The translations under genes and the position numbers were made by a program. DNA of 64,000 nucleotides from Chrysomallon squamiferum (Eukaryota; Animalia; Mollusca): the NCBI GenBank assembly GCA_012295275.1, contig CM022677.1:26846001-26910000 (forward strand), given 5' to 3'. The notes under the pieces are model-generated. The model was not told the DNA's origin and did not search any database. It was given only the letters and a program-made list of their open reading frames with translations. This document shows positions 1 through 36,263 of the stretch, in pieces (the first letter of the stretch is position 1; each line of letters starts with the position of its first letter).

Positions 1-1416
1 CAGTATTGGCCTGCACCTTCAATTCAATAGAACAAAGTCAGTGCTTTCCTAAATATTAAATCAAATCCTGAAACCCTTTCAGTAAATGTAAGCAGGTCGT
101 AAAATGGCAGCAGAGTACATGTGTTATTGCCAAAGGCCCACAAGTCTTGGGCATTTATGTCAATCTTCTCAAGTATAAATCACAGTTTATTAAGGTGAAG
201 TAGACCTTGTTCATACTCTGTGCTGAAGACTGGGTGTACAAATACATTATGCAGTACATCACTTGATGACGTCTGATTTCAGACTGGGTTGTACTGTTGT
301 TGACTGAAACCTTGTTCAAAACCAATGGCAAGGCCCACATGACATGATAAAATTACTTAATAGGTTTTATGAAATAAAAATATTGTTTATATATCAACAT
401 CTGACATTGTGTCCAACTTAAAAAGCTTCAGATTGTCAAAGAAATGCAAATGAAGAAACTTCTTTGTCTTAAACTTCTAATTGCCATGTGCTCAATGGGG
501 ATTGCACCAGGGAATCTAAAGGAGTTCCTGACCTGCCTGAAGCATCACTTCCTGTTAACCCTTTGAGCCTGATTGTGTAGAACATGTCATGCCATTTGGC
601 ATCTTTTCATATCCTTCAGGCATTCCTTCAGACATGTCAGGTGGGTTTTAACTCCAAAGATGAGTTTTTAGTCTCAGAGAAAATGTACATTGTAATGCAT
701 TGTATCAATCATCCATGCAGGTATGCATTTTTTTAAATCTCTATTATGGCTAAACAAAAAATATTATACTCAGGAAACTTTTATATGTGAACTTTATGCA
801 TACATGTAGGCCTACAATGTCTTACTCGATGATCAAGAGAGATGGTGATTCCTAGCATCCAGAATTGATCATTCAGGTTTTAGTTAATCAGATGTTAATG
901 GCTGAAAAGGTGTTATTTTCATGTATGTGCATTTTTTAAATCTATATTGTGGCTAAACAAAAAATATTACACCCAGGAAACTTTTATATGTTTTAGTTAA
1001 CATGTGGGAGATTAAATTTCACTAAAGGTCATCTGAAGATCACGTGATCCACACGGTCAATTTCAAGGTCATAGCAAAGGTCAAAAGGTCAAGGTACTCC
1101 AATATTTTCCAAACTAAATAAAAATGGCAGATTTGGAATCCTTGTCATTTTGCCTTTCTAACAATACCAATTTTATGAAGATTGGCCCAGTAGTTCCTGA
1201 GATATAAGGGTTCTAAGGTTGGTGGTCACACCCATTTTTGGCAAAAATCTCAAAATTCGGTGGGCCGTATCTCCCACACCACTGGTCTGATTGAGCTAAC
1301 ATTTCAGATTTGGTGCTGTGGGATCCCAGTCAACAAGTATACAAAGTTTCATAAAAATCTGAGACGGTCGGGTTTAAATTTCTTCTTTTTTTGGGTGATT
1401 TGACACGGAATGACCC
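1..1416. mobile_element. Probable terminal part of a DNA transposon or non-autonomous element
   Basis: Complex non-coding sequence ends abruptly at ...GGGTGATTTGACACGGAATGACCC (1416) before a microsatellite. It has AAGGTCA sub-repeats (1024-1095) and an internal duplication of about 68 bp (721-789 vs 928-991). No transposase is recognised and the other end is not in the window. Confidence 0.4.
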
Positions 1417-1795
1417 TATACTACTACCACTACTATACTACTACCACTACCACTACTATACTACTACTACTACCACTACTACCACTACCACTACTATACT
1501 ACTACTACGACCACTACTATACTACTACTACTACCACTACCACTACTACTACCACTACTACCACTACTACCACAACTACTACTACTACCACTACTACTTC
1601 AACTACTACTTACCACTACTACCACCACTACTACTACCCACTAACCACTACCACTTCCACTACTACCACTACTACTACCACCACTACTACTACCACTACA
1701 CCACCACCACCACCACTACCACCACTACTACTACCACCACACCACTACCACCACTACTACCACCACTACCACCACTACTACCACTACTACCACTA

Positions 1796-1826
<31 letters not shown>

Positions 1827-2172
1827 CACTACACTACTACTACCACCACCACCACCACCACCACTACCACTACTACCACTACCATACTACCACTACTATA
1901 CTACTACTACCACTACTACTGCTACTACTACTACCACTACTACTACCACTACTACCACTACTACCACTACTACTACTACTAGTAATAATAGTATTAGTAA
2001 TGATAATACTGATAATAATAATAATAATAGTAATAATAATAATAATAATGATAATAATAACAAGAGCAACAACAATAATAATAGTAATAAAAGCAATAGC
2101 AATACTAATGATAATAATAGTAATAATAATAAAAATAATAACAATGATGATGTTGATAATAATAATAATAAT
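1417..2172. repeat. (CTA/CCA)n then (AAT)n trinucleotide microsatellite
   Basis: Directly visible; source of the spurious ORFs at 1391-2242. Confidence 0.95.
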
Positions 2173-2311
2173 CATAGACCATAGTTTTGTGTCAAATGCC
2201 AATTTCAAGCATTCAAAAATCTTGCTAAGTTGCCCTGTTTAGATTTCACTCTGGTTTGTAAGGCAGTCAGCTATCTCTCTCAACAAAACACAATTAGTAA
2301 ACAATACTCAC

Positions 2312-2432
2312 TTTAAGTAAGCAAGAATACCACTTGTTATAAATATTCCAATCAGTGAAATAATTAGTATGTACAGTTGTAGTGTCCAAGGTGTATTGGA
2401 TGGTGCTTCAAAAAAAAAAATAAATAAAAAAA

Positions 2433-2503
<71 letters not shown>

Positions 2504-2544
2504 AATAAAAATAAATAAATAAATAAAAATAAATAAATATAAAA

Positions 2545-2591
<47 letters not shown>

Positions 2592-3606
2592 ATTAATTAA
2601 TTAATAATAAATAAAAAAAAAATTAAATTAAATAAAAAAAAAAAAAAAGAAGATTATTCAGACTAATAATAATATATATATATTTTTTTTTAAATTATGT
2701 AAATATTTAAAATGTATAAATAATAAATTCCATTACAGTTACTATTTATATATATATATATTTCTCTGTTGTATTCTATTCAGTATTATTTCATTGTTTT
2801 AGTAGTTTATTTATCACTTGTCTATTATTCTTTCCTCTACTCTTCTGGTTTTTTTTTTAGATAGATAGATAGATAGATAGACAGACAAATAGGTAGACAG
2901 ATAGATAGACAGATAGATAGATAGAATATCTGGCTTCATACTTATTTTCCCTGATCGTTTGATAGCTGTTGAGCTCTGAGTGCAATTATCTCCGTGACAT
3001 TTTTCCTGGGACCACTTTGTGGAAACACCCTCGCATGTTTTCTGAGGGAGGAGACAGTTCCGCACCAGCAGAATTTGTCTGCGACAGTTAGCTTCACATG
3101 GATCAATGTTGCCTGTGTACCAGGTGCTCCAGTTTCCAGACACTGCAAATTAATTTTGTTTCGATACAGTAGTACATCTTGTAATAATAACAACTATAGT
3201 AACATATAGGATAGAACAGGATATACATTATATATATATATATACTAATAAAACTGTATATATATCTATATCTATAAGGCACACACACCCTATACACAGG
3301 TATGCATATATATGAACAAATTATATGTGTATGTTTGCATGCAGTTTGAAAAGATGTCTGTTATGTATATTGATAATACAAACAAATGTCTGATTATGTG
3401 TGTTATGTATTTTGATAATAACAAACAAATGTCTGATTATGTGTGTTATTTATTTTGATAATAACAAACAAATGTCTGATTATGTGTGTTATTTATTTTG
3501 ATAATAACAAACAAATGTCTGATTATGTATGTTATTTATTTTGATAATACAGACCTTCAACTAAATACAGCTCCTGGATTACCAAAAATGAGTTAACAGC
3601 ATTCAT
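2312..3606 (-). CDS. T0: single-TSR type I membrane protein (3' end unresolved)
   Basis: Exons 3606-3555 (MNAVNSFLVIQELYLVE, signal-like, phase 1), 3142-2942 (VSGNWSTW..CEANC..RNC..CEG..CHGDNC) and 2405-2312 (TM LYILIISLIGIFITSGILAYL, ends phase 2 at GTGAGT). All are GT-AG and frame-consistent. The tail exon was not confidently identified. Confidence 0.75.
3355..3548. repeat. 43-bp minisatellite, about 4.5 copies, abutting the T0 signal-exon donor
   Basis: TGTCTGATTATGTGTGTTATTTATTTTGATAATAACAAACAAA-type units start at 3387, 3430, 3473 and 3516. Confidence 0.9.
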
Positions 3607-4429
3607 AAATGTCAGCTCTGTTAGAAACTGAAGAGCTCTGCTAAATTTCACAAATGGTTTCCTATGGAAAATAGACAAAAAGTTGTTTATTATATAATTA
3701 TTGCTGTTGTTGTTGTCATCTATTTTTATGCCAGTGTAAAAGAAAACAAAAGAATAAATAATAATAAATAATAAAATAAAATGGTGATGAAAGGGTAAAT
3801 GAAGATAAATAAAGAAAAGAAATGAAAAAAGTAAAATAAACAAAAAATTAATATTATTTACATCATTTATGAGCAGTTATGAACTATCAATATGAGTTCT
3901 ACTGTAGATACATTTTTGTCTTTCTTTAGATATTAGACGCGTTTTAATAAGAACTGCTTACAATCGAAATAAAAATAAAAAACAAAGACAAGAATTAAAG
4001 AAACAGTCTTTAAAAGAATTCGACAAAATGGTGTCTGAAAAGTAACTAATCTCCCTTGAAACTGTATTCGTCCCTTAAGCAGACGATAGCCTTTAGCTTA
4101 GCATTCTTATTTTTATTTTTAATATTTGCACAAAAAAATGTAAGTAAAGAGTTAAAGTTATACATACTTAGCCAAACTGTTGTAGTAGCAGCAGCAGTAC
4201 TGGTAGTTGCGGTAGTATTAAATAAGTGAAAGGAAAACAATGGTGTAATGTAGTATGTATTTTATCTTTACTTGCACCATTGTAAGTATTACTTTCCCTT
4301 GACCGAAACTCTGTCATCTAAAACTACTAATATAAGACATATCAAATACTTACGCAATTAATCTATATCGCTTTACATACAAAATTAATAAATTAATTAA
4401 ATAACTTTCTGTCCTGCACTGATTATTAG

Positions 4430-4630
4430 CCTCGATTACTCGACAACTAGTCGAACACGAACACAACTCGGCTACCTTCCGGGAGTGCTCACTTTCTTCT
4501 GACGCCATCGTTTTGGCGGCGTTGTCGTGGAAACATAGCATATGACGTCAAACAGTCTGAAATCTGGGCAATCGAAGGAAAAAACACAGGAAAATTTGTT
4601 TTAAAAGATTTTAACCGGTTTGTCGGACGT
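4430..4630. promoter_or_regulatory. Candidate bidirectional promoter for T0/TA with CRE TGACGTCA at 4543-4550
   Basis: Local CpG-rich patch between divergent genes. A minus-strand GTAAGT donor near 4353 and a plus-strand donor near 4618 suggest non-coding first exons on either side. Confidence 0.5.
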
Positions 4631-4965
4631 TATCTTGAAAATATTTCTAGTTTTAATTATATGCTGTGATTACAAAATTGACATTATAAACCTAGATTTA
4701 GACATGACTTGAAACAAACTGAATACGTAGTTACAAACAGTCATCTTATTTGTGTATGTGTGTGTGTGTGTGCGTGTGTGTGCGCGCGTGTCTGTATGCG
4801 TTGCATTATATTCTCTTTGTCAGCATATCTGTTTTGGTTTACTTCTATATATGGCTGTACAAAGTCTTATTTCGCGATTGTAAAAAGTGAAATTGAAAAT
4901 ATTAAATATGAACGACACATATCAGTGTGAAGTAGATTAGTTAGCCTATACTTAAATACGACCAT

Positions 4966-4998
<33 letters not shown>

Positions 4999-5354
4999 TA
5001 CAAATATTTATTTCCAGGAATTTATTTTCGTATGTTAATGGACATGTCGAAGTGCTTTCTTATAAATGCTTTTCTGATGTCCAGTTTTGTATGTCCAGTT
5101 TTGTATATGGTCGCTAATATCTCTCTCTTTTGTCCCATCTATCTTTTTCTTTTTGTCCTGCTTTCATTTCATTTACTAAAAAAAAATTTGTGTCATATAT
5201 AATATTAGAAAAAGAAAAATGAAATAATACATTTATTTGGATCGAAATCTTTCCCTTCTTTTTGTTTTTATTTCTTGCTTTCTTTTTTTAATCTTTTTTT
5301 TTTTTTTTTTTTTCCTTTCATATCGTGTTTCCTTCTCACTTTCTTGTTTTCCAG

Positions 5355-11914
<6,560 letters not shown>

Positions 11915-12077
11915 TAGTCGAGGTAATTTCTAAGAGTATTAGTATCAGAATCAAGAAAAAGGTAAACAAATAACATTTCACATCAGTCGTACAATCAATC
12001 ACACAGAAACAGACATACACACACCAAAGACATACCAACTTATTACTTTTTCAGCTGAATAATTGTATACCGTTATC

Positions 12078-12244
<167 letters not shown>

Positions 12245-12420
12245 GAAACTGTTACTATTCATGAAATGGTTTTCTTTTTCTTCTTCAGATCTCTTCAGAC
12301 GTTTAACAGTTTGTTGTCAGACTCTGATTCACACATTTTACTCTCAACCAGACGTTCTAGTTTTTAATATGATCGGTACTTCCTAATTTCAACACGTTTC
12401 TGCATTGCAAGTCAACATCT

Positions 12421-12800
12421 TCTCATCGACACGTCCTGATTGGACATTTTGTTCTCATCGACGCGTCCTGATTAGACATTTTGTTCTCATCGACACGTCC
12501 TGATTAGGCTATTTCGTCTCACCGACACGTCCTGATTAGACATTGTGTTCCCATCGACACGTCCTGATTAGACATTTTGTTCTCATCGACGCGTCCTGAT
12601 TAGACAGTTTGTTCTCACCGACACGTCCTGACTAGACAATTTGTTCCGCTTGGCAAATGCTGATTAGACATTTTGTTCTGAATGGAATGGTCTGATTAGC
12701 TTTTTGCTCTCATCGACAGTTCCTGATTAGACATCGGTACTGCTGGGCTCGTACTGGTTAGATTTGTTGTTCTCATCGGCACATCCTGTTTAGACATTTT
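12421..12800. repeat. 32-bp minisatellite in the probable TA 3' UTR exon
   Basis: TCTCATCGACACGTCCTGATTAGACATTTTGT units decay rightwards. An acceptor lies near 12289 and AATAAA near 12898 and 12948. Confidence 0.85.
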
Positions 12801-13220
12801 GCTCTGGCTCGAATAACTTGGCGCCAGATATGTATAGGCAATATTAAATGTTTCCTAACAGTATTATGTTATTTGCATAGTTTGTTATTCCCCTTACAAT
12901 AAAATAACTTTGTATAAACAAGTTTTACTATTGTCAAAGATATATTTCAATAAACATATGACATGTATCATTAAAACTGAATTGTATGATTGTATATACC
13001 TGCTTTACCTTGTGGAATTAACATTTGATTTTATCATAACAAAACCACCGTCACTAAAGCAACTAGAACATCATGATTAACAACAACGACAACCATCACC
13101 ACTCACAATTCATAACAAAACAGCAGCAGCGAAAACAACAACAATTATAATCGATATAGCTTAAAAAATGAAAACAGACCATGCAAAAAACTTATTTTCC
13201 TGATTTATTAAAAAAAAGTA

Positions 13221-13302
<82 letters not shown>

Positions 13303-13481
13303 GAAAGAAAGAAAAGAAAAGAATTAGAAAAGAAAAGAAAAACAAATTCATAAAATTAGAAATTGTTAAGCAACATCAGTACTATACTAGAATTATTTAC
13401 TAATCTACAGCTTTGTCTGTTTCTGCATTTTTTCATCTATTTGTTGTGTCTGTCGTCTGTCTGTCTATTTATCTGTTTATC

Positions 13482-13548
<67 letters not shown>

Positions 13549-14160
13549 TCGGCCCTGTAAATACAACTAAAGTAATAATAATAAAAAGAGATCGCTGTAC
13601 AGTAAACTGTCCTTTGGTGAATATGATTCACGTAAGTTCTTAGTAACATCTTTAGTTACTATTTGATCACGATACAAACATGGAATATTACGTCAAATTA
13701 TGAATAACTCGGGGAAATGTGGAACAAGCACGGGATAAGGATCGCCGATTATATATTTATATCAATATTTGTCTATCTGTGTACAAATGGATATGTGTGT
13801 GTGTGTGTATGTATGCGTGAGTGAGTGTGTATATGTATGTGCAGAAACAACAATATGAAATCCTTTTCTGTCTGTTTATAATTTAATGTATGAATATGTC
13901 GAGTTATCCATGTTCAAAGTTTTAATGAAAGAATTAATAATATTTATTTTGATAATAAGCTGATCATAACTACACAGATATACTCAATCAACAAACGTGA
14001 TACAGAAACCTAATGATTACTATACTAAATAATAACAACAAAAGCTACAACAACAACAGTAATAATAATAATCATTATCATTATTAGACGAAGAAGAAAT
14101 AGAAAAATCATTATTATTAACATTATAACTGTTACTATTATTATTATTATTGTTACTATA

Positions 14161-14228
<68 letters not shown>

Positions 14229-14760
14229 ATTTACGATTATTACTAATTAATCCCATTGGCGAACTGTCGCTGTTATTATTATTACTGCTGCTGTTTTTTA
14301 TCGGTGCAGTCACTTTTATTATTATGATTTGTGTTGTTTTTTATACATTATTTTTACTACTACTAGTATCATTATTATTATTATCATTACGATTATAATT
14401 ATTATAATCATTATCAATATTATTATATTATTTCGATTATTATTATTATTATGATTATTATTACTATTATTATTATTATTACTGTTGTTGTTTTTGTTAT
14501 ATTATTATTATTATTAATATTATTACCGTCATCATTATTATTAGCGTTATTATTAATATCAGTACTATAAATAGTATAATAGTAATAGTAGTAGTAATAA
14601 TAACAATAATAAAAAAAGATTATTATTATTATGATGATGATTATTATTATTATTATGATTATTAATATTATTATTGTCATTATTATTATTATTATTATTA
14701 TCATCATCATCATTACTATAGTTAATACAATCACCGCACTTCATCATCATCATCATCACA

Positions 14761-21535
<6,775 letters not shown>

Positions 21536-21989
21536 TACACGATTTCCTCTGAAAAATAAATAAATAAATTTAGATTAATCATATTTAGTAAATGTATTGT
21601 GTGTGTGTGTGTGTGTGGATAGACAGATAGTACATAGATACAATGAAGACATTTTCCCGATACAAAACTAAACATGGTGACTGGCAAGCCTCACTATGAA
21701 AATAATAATTGATTGATTAAAGCAAACAAAAGCTTCTATATATCCTTCCAAACAAGACAATTTGAACAAAACTTTGGAAATTAGAAATTACCCAGAACTG
21801 TTGAAACGAGACGAGTAAAAGAAACCGGAAAGTGATTCGTCTAAAGCATCAACACAGAAGTCTTCCGCATAGTTGATTGCGCATGTGCTCTAGACAAAGT
21901 TAAATTCCGCAGACAGAATTATCCAGTTTATTATTTATAAGCATGTTGTTTTTGTTTAGTTTTTTCTGATTTTGCTCCCTAGTTCTTGC

Positions 21990-22175
21990 TATGAGTACGT
22001 TTTGACGTCACTTTGTTGACGTCTGTTACTACATTATACTACGTCATTCTGGTGACAACACAATATATTTCTGTCTCGGCCAAACAGCTAACTGAAAGGA
22101 TTGTAAATGAATATTCGTGAACAATTTGAAAAGCACTGAAATGAAGTCAGCACGGTTATTGTCTCGCGAGAAATG
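21990..22175 (-). promoter_or_regulatory. Candidate TB promoter: CRE at 22003-22010, a CRE half-site module and TCTCGCGAGA at 22162-22171
   Basis: Lies upstream of a non-coding exon donor near 21790. The 19-mer at 22040-22058 matches 33791-33809 upstream of paralog TD at 18/19 positions. Confidence 0.55.
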
Positions 22176-23438
22176 TTTAGCGTAAAATAAAGTAAAATGA
22201 AATAAAAAATTATAAAATAAAACAAAGAAAAATAAAATAATATGATGCTCAAATTACTTGCTGCACTAATACTTCAGACAAAGAAGAATCCATTCTCAGT
22301 ATTTTCGTTATTTCTGTGTGTACGAATGGAACTAAAAAATGTCCACTTTATCAGTTCTTTACAGATTATCTAAAATTCATTTTCATGAGCAGATAATAAC
22401 ACACTGTAATCGTACCGACCTTTTATTCATTTGTTTGTTTGTTTATTTATTATCTTGTATACAAATGTAAGCTGAATTGTGATTGGTAGTCTGTTCTGAC
22501 ACGTGATTCCTACTTTTATATGATCAGTATTTAAACAGGATAGTTTTACTTATTTATATGTTCACGTATTTAAACAGGATAGTTTTGATTAGCTTAATTT
22601 TTTTCCATTTCCATTTCCATTACTTATTTTGATGTTCGCGTATACTTAAACTTCAGTAAAATGATTATTGGCTAAAATTAAGGAATATGTTTCATTTGTA
22701 TCTGTGCCCAGTATTAAGAGGGGTTCTTAGGTGAAAAGTCATTGACAATTTACACATGTAGCCATTTTTTTGACTACTTCCCAAATATCAGTTTGAAGAC
22801 TTCTTGGCTGCGATGATTTTTGTTTGCTCTACACTGATAATACGCAGTTATTAATGTTTTAATGTACATTATTTGTATTGGTTACTTGTTAACATGGCAT
22901 TTGACCATCAGACGTTTTATTTCCATTCTGGTTGATTCTTAAATTCCTGATTTTTGTTACGAGATCGATCATTCGTTTATATATAAAACATATATAAACA
23001 TGTTATTATTGACTAATAATTATAATATTGTGCAATATTTATCTGACATGACACTACTTTATTATCACTATGTTTTTCTCTCAGTAATTGGTTTTTTAAT
23101 AAAAATTTCGTTTCTGCATCACTGATTTATTTAGAAAAATAACCGTGCTTTAACACGTGACTCCAATGACAACTTGATCACCTGTTTGTTTACAATTATA
23201 ACTTAGTTTTGATTGGCTCTTTAACACGTGACTCCACTGACAACTTGATCACTTGTTTATTTACAATTATAAATTAGTTTTGATTGGCTCTTTAAACAAA
23301 TGACTTCACAGGAAGAATAATCATTTCCAATAACTATTTACAAATGTACCCTGCTTTTAATTATTACAATTAATTCATTCTGTCTTTGCATGTGTTCATA
23401 TTAGTAAGAACATCATTGGTTATTTGTAAATTGTTTCT

Positions 23439-26684
<3,246 letters not shown>

Positions 26685-26712
26685 TCTTTATTCTTCTCTT
26701 CAGCATCTGGAA

Positions 26713-26747
<35 letters not shown>

Positions 26748-26985
26748 ATGTGCATCAATAGATTTTCAAAACGAAAATATATACTTTTATCTTTAACCTT
26801 CGTAAATGTACTGACATGAATGTTATTATTATTATTATTATAGTAGTAGTAGTAGTATTAGTATTATTATTATTATCATTTGTTTAGCACTTAAAATATG
26901 AATTTCTTTTATATTAGGTAAGAGTTTAATCGATCTGTTTTGCAATCGATGTCTCGTGCTACTTTACTATTATTATTACTACTAC

Positions 26986-27029
<44 letters not shown>

Positions 27030-27034
<5 letters not shown>

Positions 27035-27150
27035 TTACTATATATTAGTTCCATATCCACGTCCGCTTCCAGAAAATTGGTTTTGACAACAGAACGCTGG
27101 TCTATCTGTAGACGTCATACGCGCACCATCTTGATTAATGACGTCAGCAT
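27030..27150 (-). promoter_or_regulatory. Candidate TC promoter or first non-coding exon with CRE at 27139-27146
   Basis: TGACGTCA plus GACGTCA (27111) in a CpG patch; minus-strand GTAAGT donor near 27038. Confidence 0.45.
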
Positions 27151-27464
27151 AAATACTATTTCTCTTCTTTTCCTCCTTTTTTTATTTTTTATTTTCAATT
27201 TTTTATTAAATTATTTTTATTCATTTAATTTTAATTTGACATTTCTTAAAGACAAAACTAATAAATGCTAGGAATCGATAAAAAAAGAAAAGAAAAGAAA
27301 TGCACAAAATTTGCATCTTTCCAGTCAATATTATAAAGCAATCGCACTTTTCAAATGAGCTGTAATAGTTCAGATCTTCTGTGTAAGTCAAAGCGGCGTT
27401 TCTTTTACTGGGTTGTAGCCTGGACCCTTCACACGAGTATCCTTATTTTTTTATTCGACAACTA

Positions 27465-27513
<49 letters not shown>

Positions 27514-27596
27514 TCACACACATACACACACACATACACACACACACACACATACACACATATATACATACACAGACACACTCACATACACATACA

Positions 27597-27646
<50 letters not shown>

Positions 27647-27730
27647 AACACAAAAAAGAAAACAACAAAAAATTTAAAAACTCAAAACGTTAATAATAAA
27701 ATAAGCAATGTGCAAGCATGCTTACTTACA

Positions 27731-27810
<80 letters not shown>

Positions 27811-27977
27811 ATAATACTTACAATAATAATAATAAAATAATAATAACAAATACAACAACAACAACAACAACAATAATAACAATAATAATAACAATATGAA
27901 CTCACAAAGTGAATAACGACAGCAGCAAAGACAACAACAAATGAATAATTTAGAAATATACGAATGAAATTTATTAT

Positions 27978-33525
<5,548 letters not shown>

Positions 33526-33769
33526 AATACGATTTCCCCTGAAAAAAAAAAGATAAACAAAATGATTCGATAAATAAATAATCAAAAAGGTAAATGATAT
33601 TAAACGCAAAACTGACAAATTTCGGATATAAAAATATAAATGCACCAACCATTCATAAAAATCATTCTGTGTTATTTATTAATAGCACAGTCCTAGAAAA
33701 TAAAAGCTTGGCATTTGGTAACAATAAAAATTCTTTGTTTCCTTATGGTTGTTCCATGTTTCTTCCAAA

Positions 33770-33812
33770 TCAACTGTTGACGTCAGTCATTACGTCATAC
33801 TGGTGACAAATG
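33770..33812. promoter_or_regulatory. Candidate promoter module between divergent TD and the lectin gene, with CRE at 33778-33785
   Basis: TGACGTCA followed by TTACGTCATACTGGTGACAA, conserved with the TB upstream region. Confidence 0.55.
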
Positions 33813-34332
33813 AATCTGCTCTTGCATGTACGATTTATCATTATGAACTTAATTTCGGAATCTTACAGAAAATCATTGTTCGGCATAGTTGTCTTGATTA
33901 CCATTTATAGTTACTGTGTTTCAGGATTTAGAAAAACTCATCGTAGAAATAGTAATAAGGGTTTTGAAAATAACTGCAAATATTAGTATTGCTACTATTA
34001 AATAATATTATTACGAACAATAGTATAGACCGTTATCAAGTATAAACATAGGCTTTATACGTATATATATATATATAGTGTTTTGTACTTGCATCATTTG
34101 TCTAGTACACTGATACCAGATATAGTTAAGGTGTAATATTTGCTTAAAGTGAAATCGAATTAATATTGATTATATGGGTTGTTTAACAAAATGTTTAAAC
34201 AGAAAAATTCAAAGTCGGTATTTATTTATTTATTTATTTATTTATTTATCTTCATCATCATTTCTGTACACAGTGACGATGATAATTTTCATAACCATTT
34301 TTTGGCATAAACAGCAAAATTTAAGATAAACA

Positions 34333-34406
<74 letters not shown>

Positions 34407-34848
34407 TGCTTGTATGTATCATGCCGCCTTTCTTGGACTTTTCGTCTAGTTTTTTCATCTGAAAACTGATTCTATGTTTCCATGTGATAACAATACACGA
34501 CAATTCATGTAACCCACAACGATTTCCGATATTATCTGTTCATACTGAAAACTCCTCCCAGTTTCACAGTGACAACATTTCTTATTTTATTGCTTTGTAG
34601 ACAGGAAACCTATCTGTGTGAAAACGTATAATGTTAGTCAAAGATACATTCTTTATACTGGCAGCTAGCTCATCGGTGAAAATTCGTTCAATAATTGAAA
34701 CTGTTAATCGATGCGGCAGCTACATTACGCTTTGTCTAAAATTGAATTTTAAATGACATTTTAAGCAGCGGTTATTGAATACAAATTTTATTTGTGTTTA
34801 TTATTCTTTTTTCTTAAATTTCTCTTTGATATGCATATACGTAGGTAT

Positions 34849-34905
<57 letters not shown>

Positions 34906-34985
34906 AATACATAAGGACTACACGTATAACGAGTGTTTCTCAAATGATAAGCTCGTCAGTGTGTCTGCCTGTCTGAGAGCGCGGG

Positions 34986-35073
34986 ATGTGTTCTTACACG
35001 TGTCTCTTCACTTTGCTTTTCTCCACAGCTCCGTACAGCTCTGCAAACCAGCAAGGTAGGAAATACCTTTTGT

Positions 35074-35108
<35 letters not shown>

Positions 35109-35211
35109 TTTGTCTCTTGCTTTCTTCTTCTTCTTCTTCTTCTTCTTTTTTTTTTTTGACTGTTTTATTATTACCTAATGCACATTATTATTATCTGTAT
35201 GTATGTATGTA

Positions 35212-35285
<74 letters not shown>

Positions 35286-35292
35286 CATACAG

Positions 35293-35327
<35 letters not shown>

Positions 35328-35372
35328 CACGCACATACATACACACACAAATCTCTCTTCTCTTTCTGTTAA

Positions 35373-35470
<98 letters not shown>

Positions 35471-35502
35471 CAACCATTTATACACATACACAGCCTTATA
35501 GT

Positions 35503-35557
<55 letters not shown>

Positions 35558-35763
35558 AAATAATGAATTATAAGGTTGTGTGTTGTATAAATGGTTGAAC
35601 AGTTTCAGGAACCGCGAGGCAGTTTGTGTGCTACAGCGAGGCGCAGTCTTGGAACACGGCGTCACGTGTCTGTCAAAGCATTGGAGGACATTTAGTGTCC
35701 GACCGCTCAGACGACTGGGTTTATTTTCCTTATCAGCTCATCTCATGGTAAGATTCTAGTGTT

Positions 35764-35852
<89 letters not shown>

Positions 35853-36037
35853 TACAGACAGAGACAGAGAAAGAGAGAGACAGACAGAGAGAGACAGACA
35901 GAGAGACAGAGAGACGGAGACAGAGAGAGCGAGCGAAAGAGAGAGAGAGACACAGAGAGAGACAGACAGAGAGAGATACAGACAGAGACAGAGAAAGAGA
36001 GAGACAGACAGACAGAGAGACGGAGACAGAGAGAGAG

Positions 36038-36082
<45 letters not shown>

Positions 36083-36192
36083 CAGACACAGACAGAGAAA
36101 GAGAGAGACAGACAGAGAGAGACAGAGAGACAGAGAGACGGAGACAGAGAGAGAGAGACAGAGAGAGAGAGAGACAGAGAGACAGAGAGACG

Positions 36193-36263
<71 letters not shown>

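Noticed and set aside
1391-2242. Long ORFs of 283 and 190 aa, poly-T/Y/H/L/I
   Set aside because: Translations of trinucleotide microsatellite; no splice or domain support.
34631-34675. Alternative start exon MLVKDTFFILAASSS for the lectin gene
   Set aside because: Ends in phase 0, incompatible with the downstream frame; the ATG at 34986 gives a better in-frame signal peptide.
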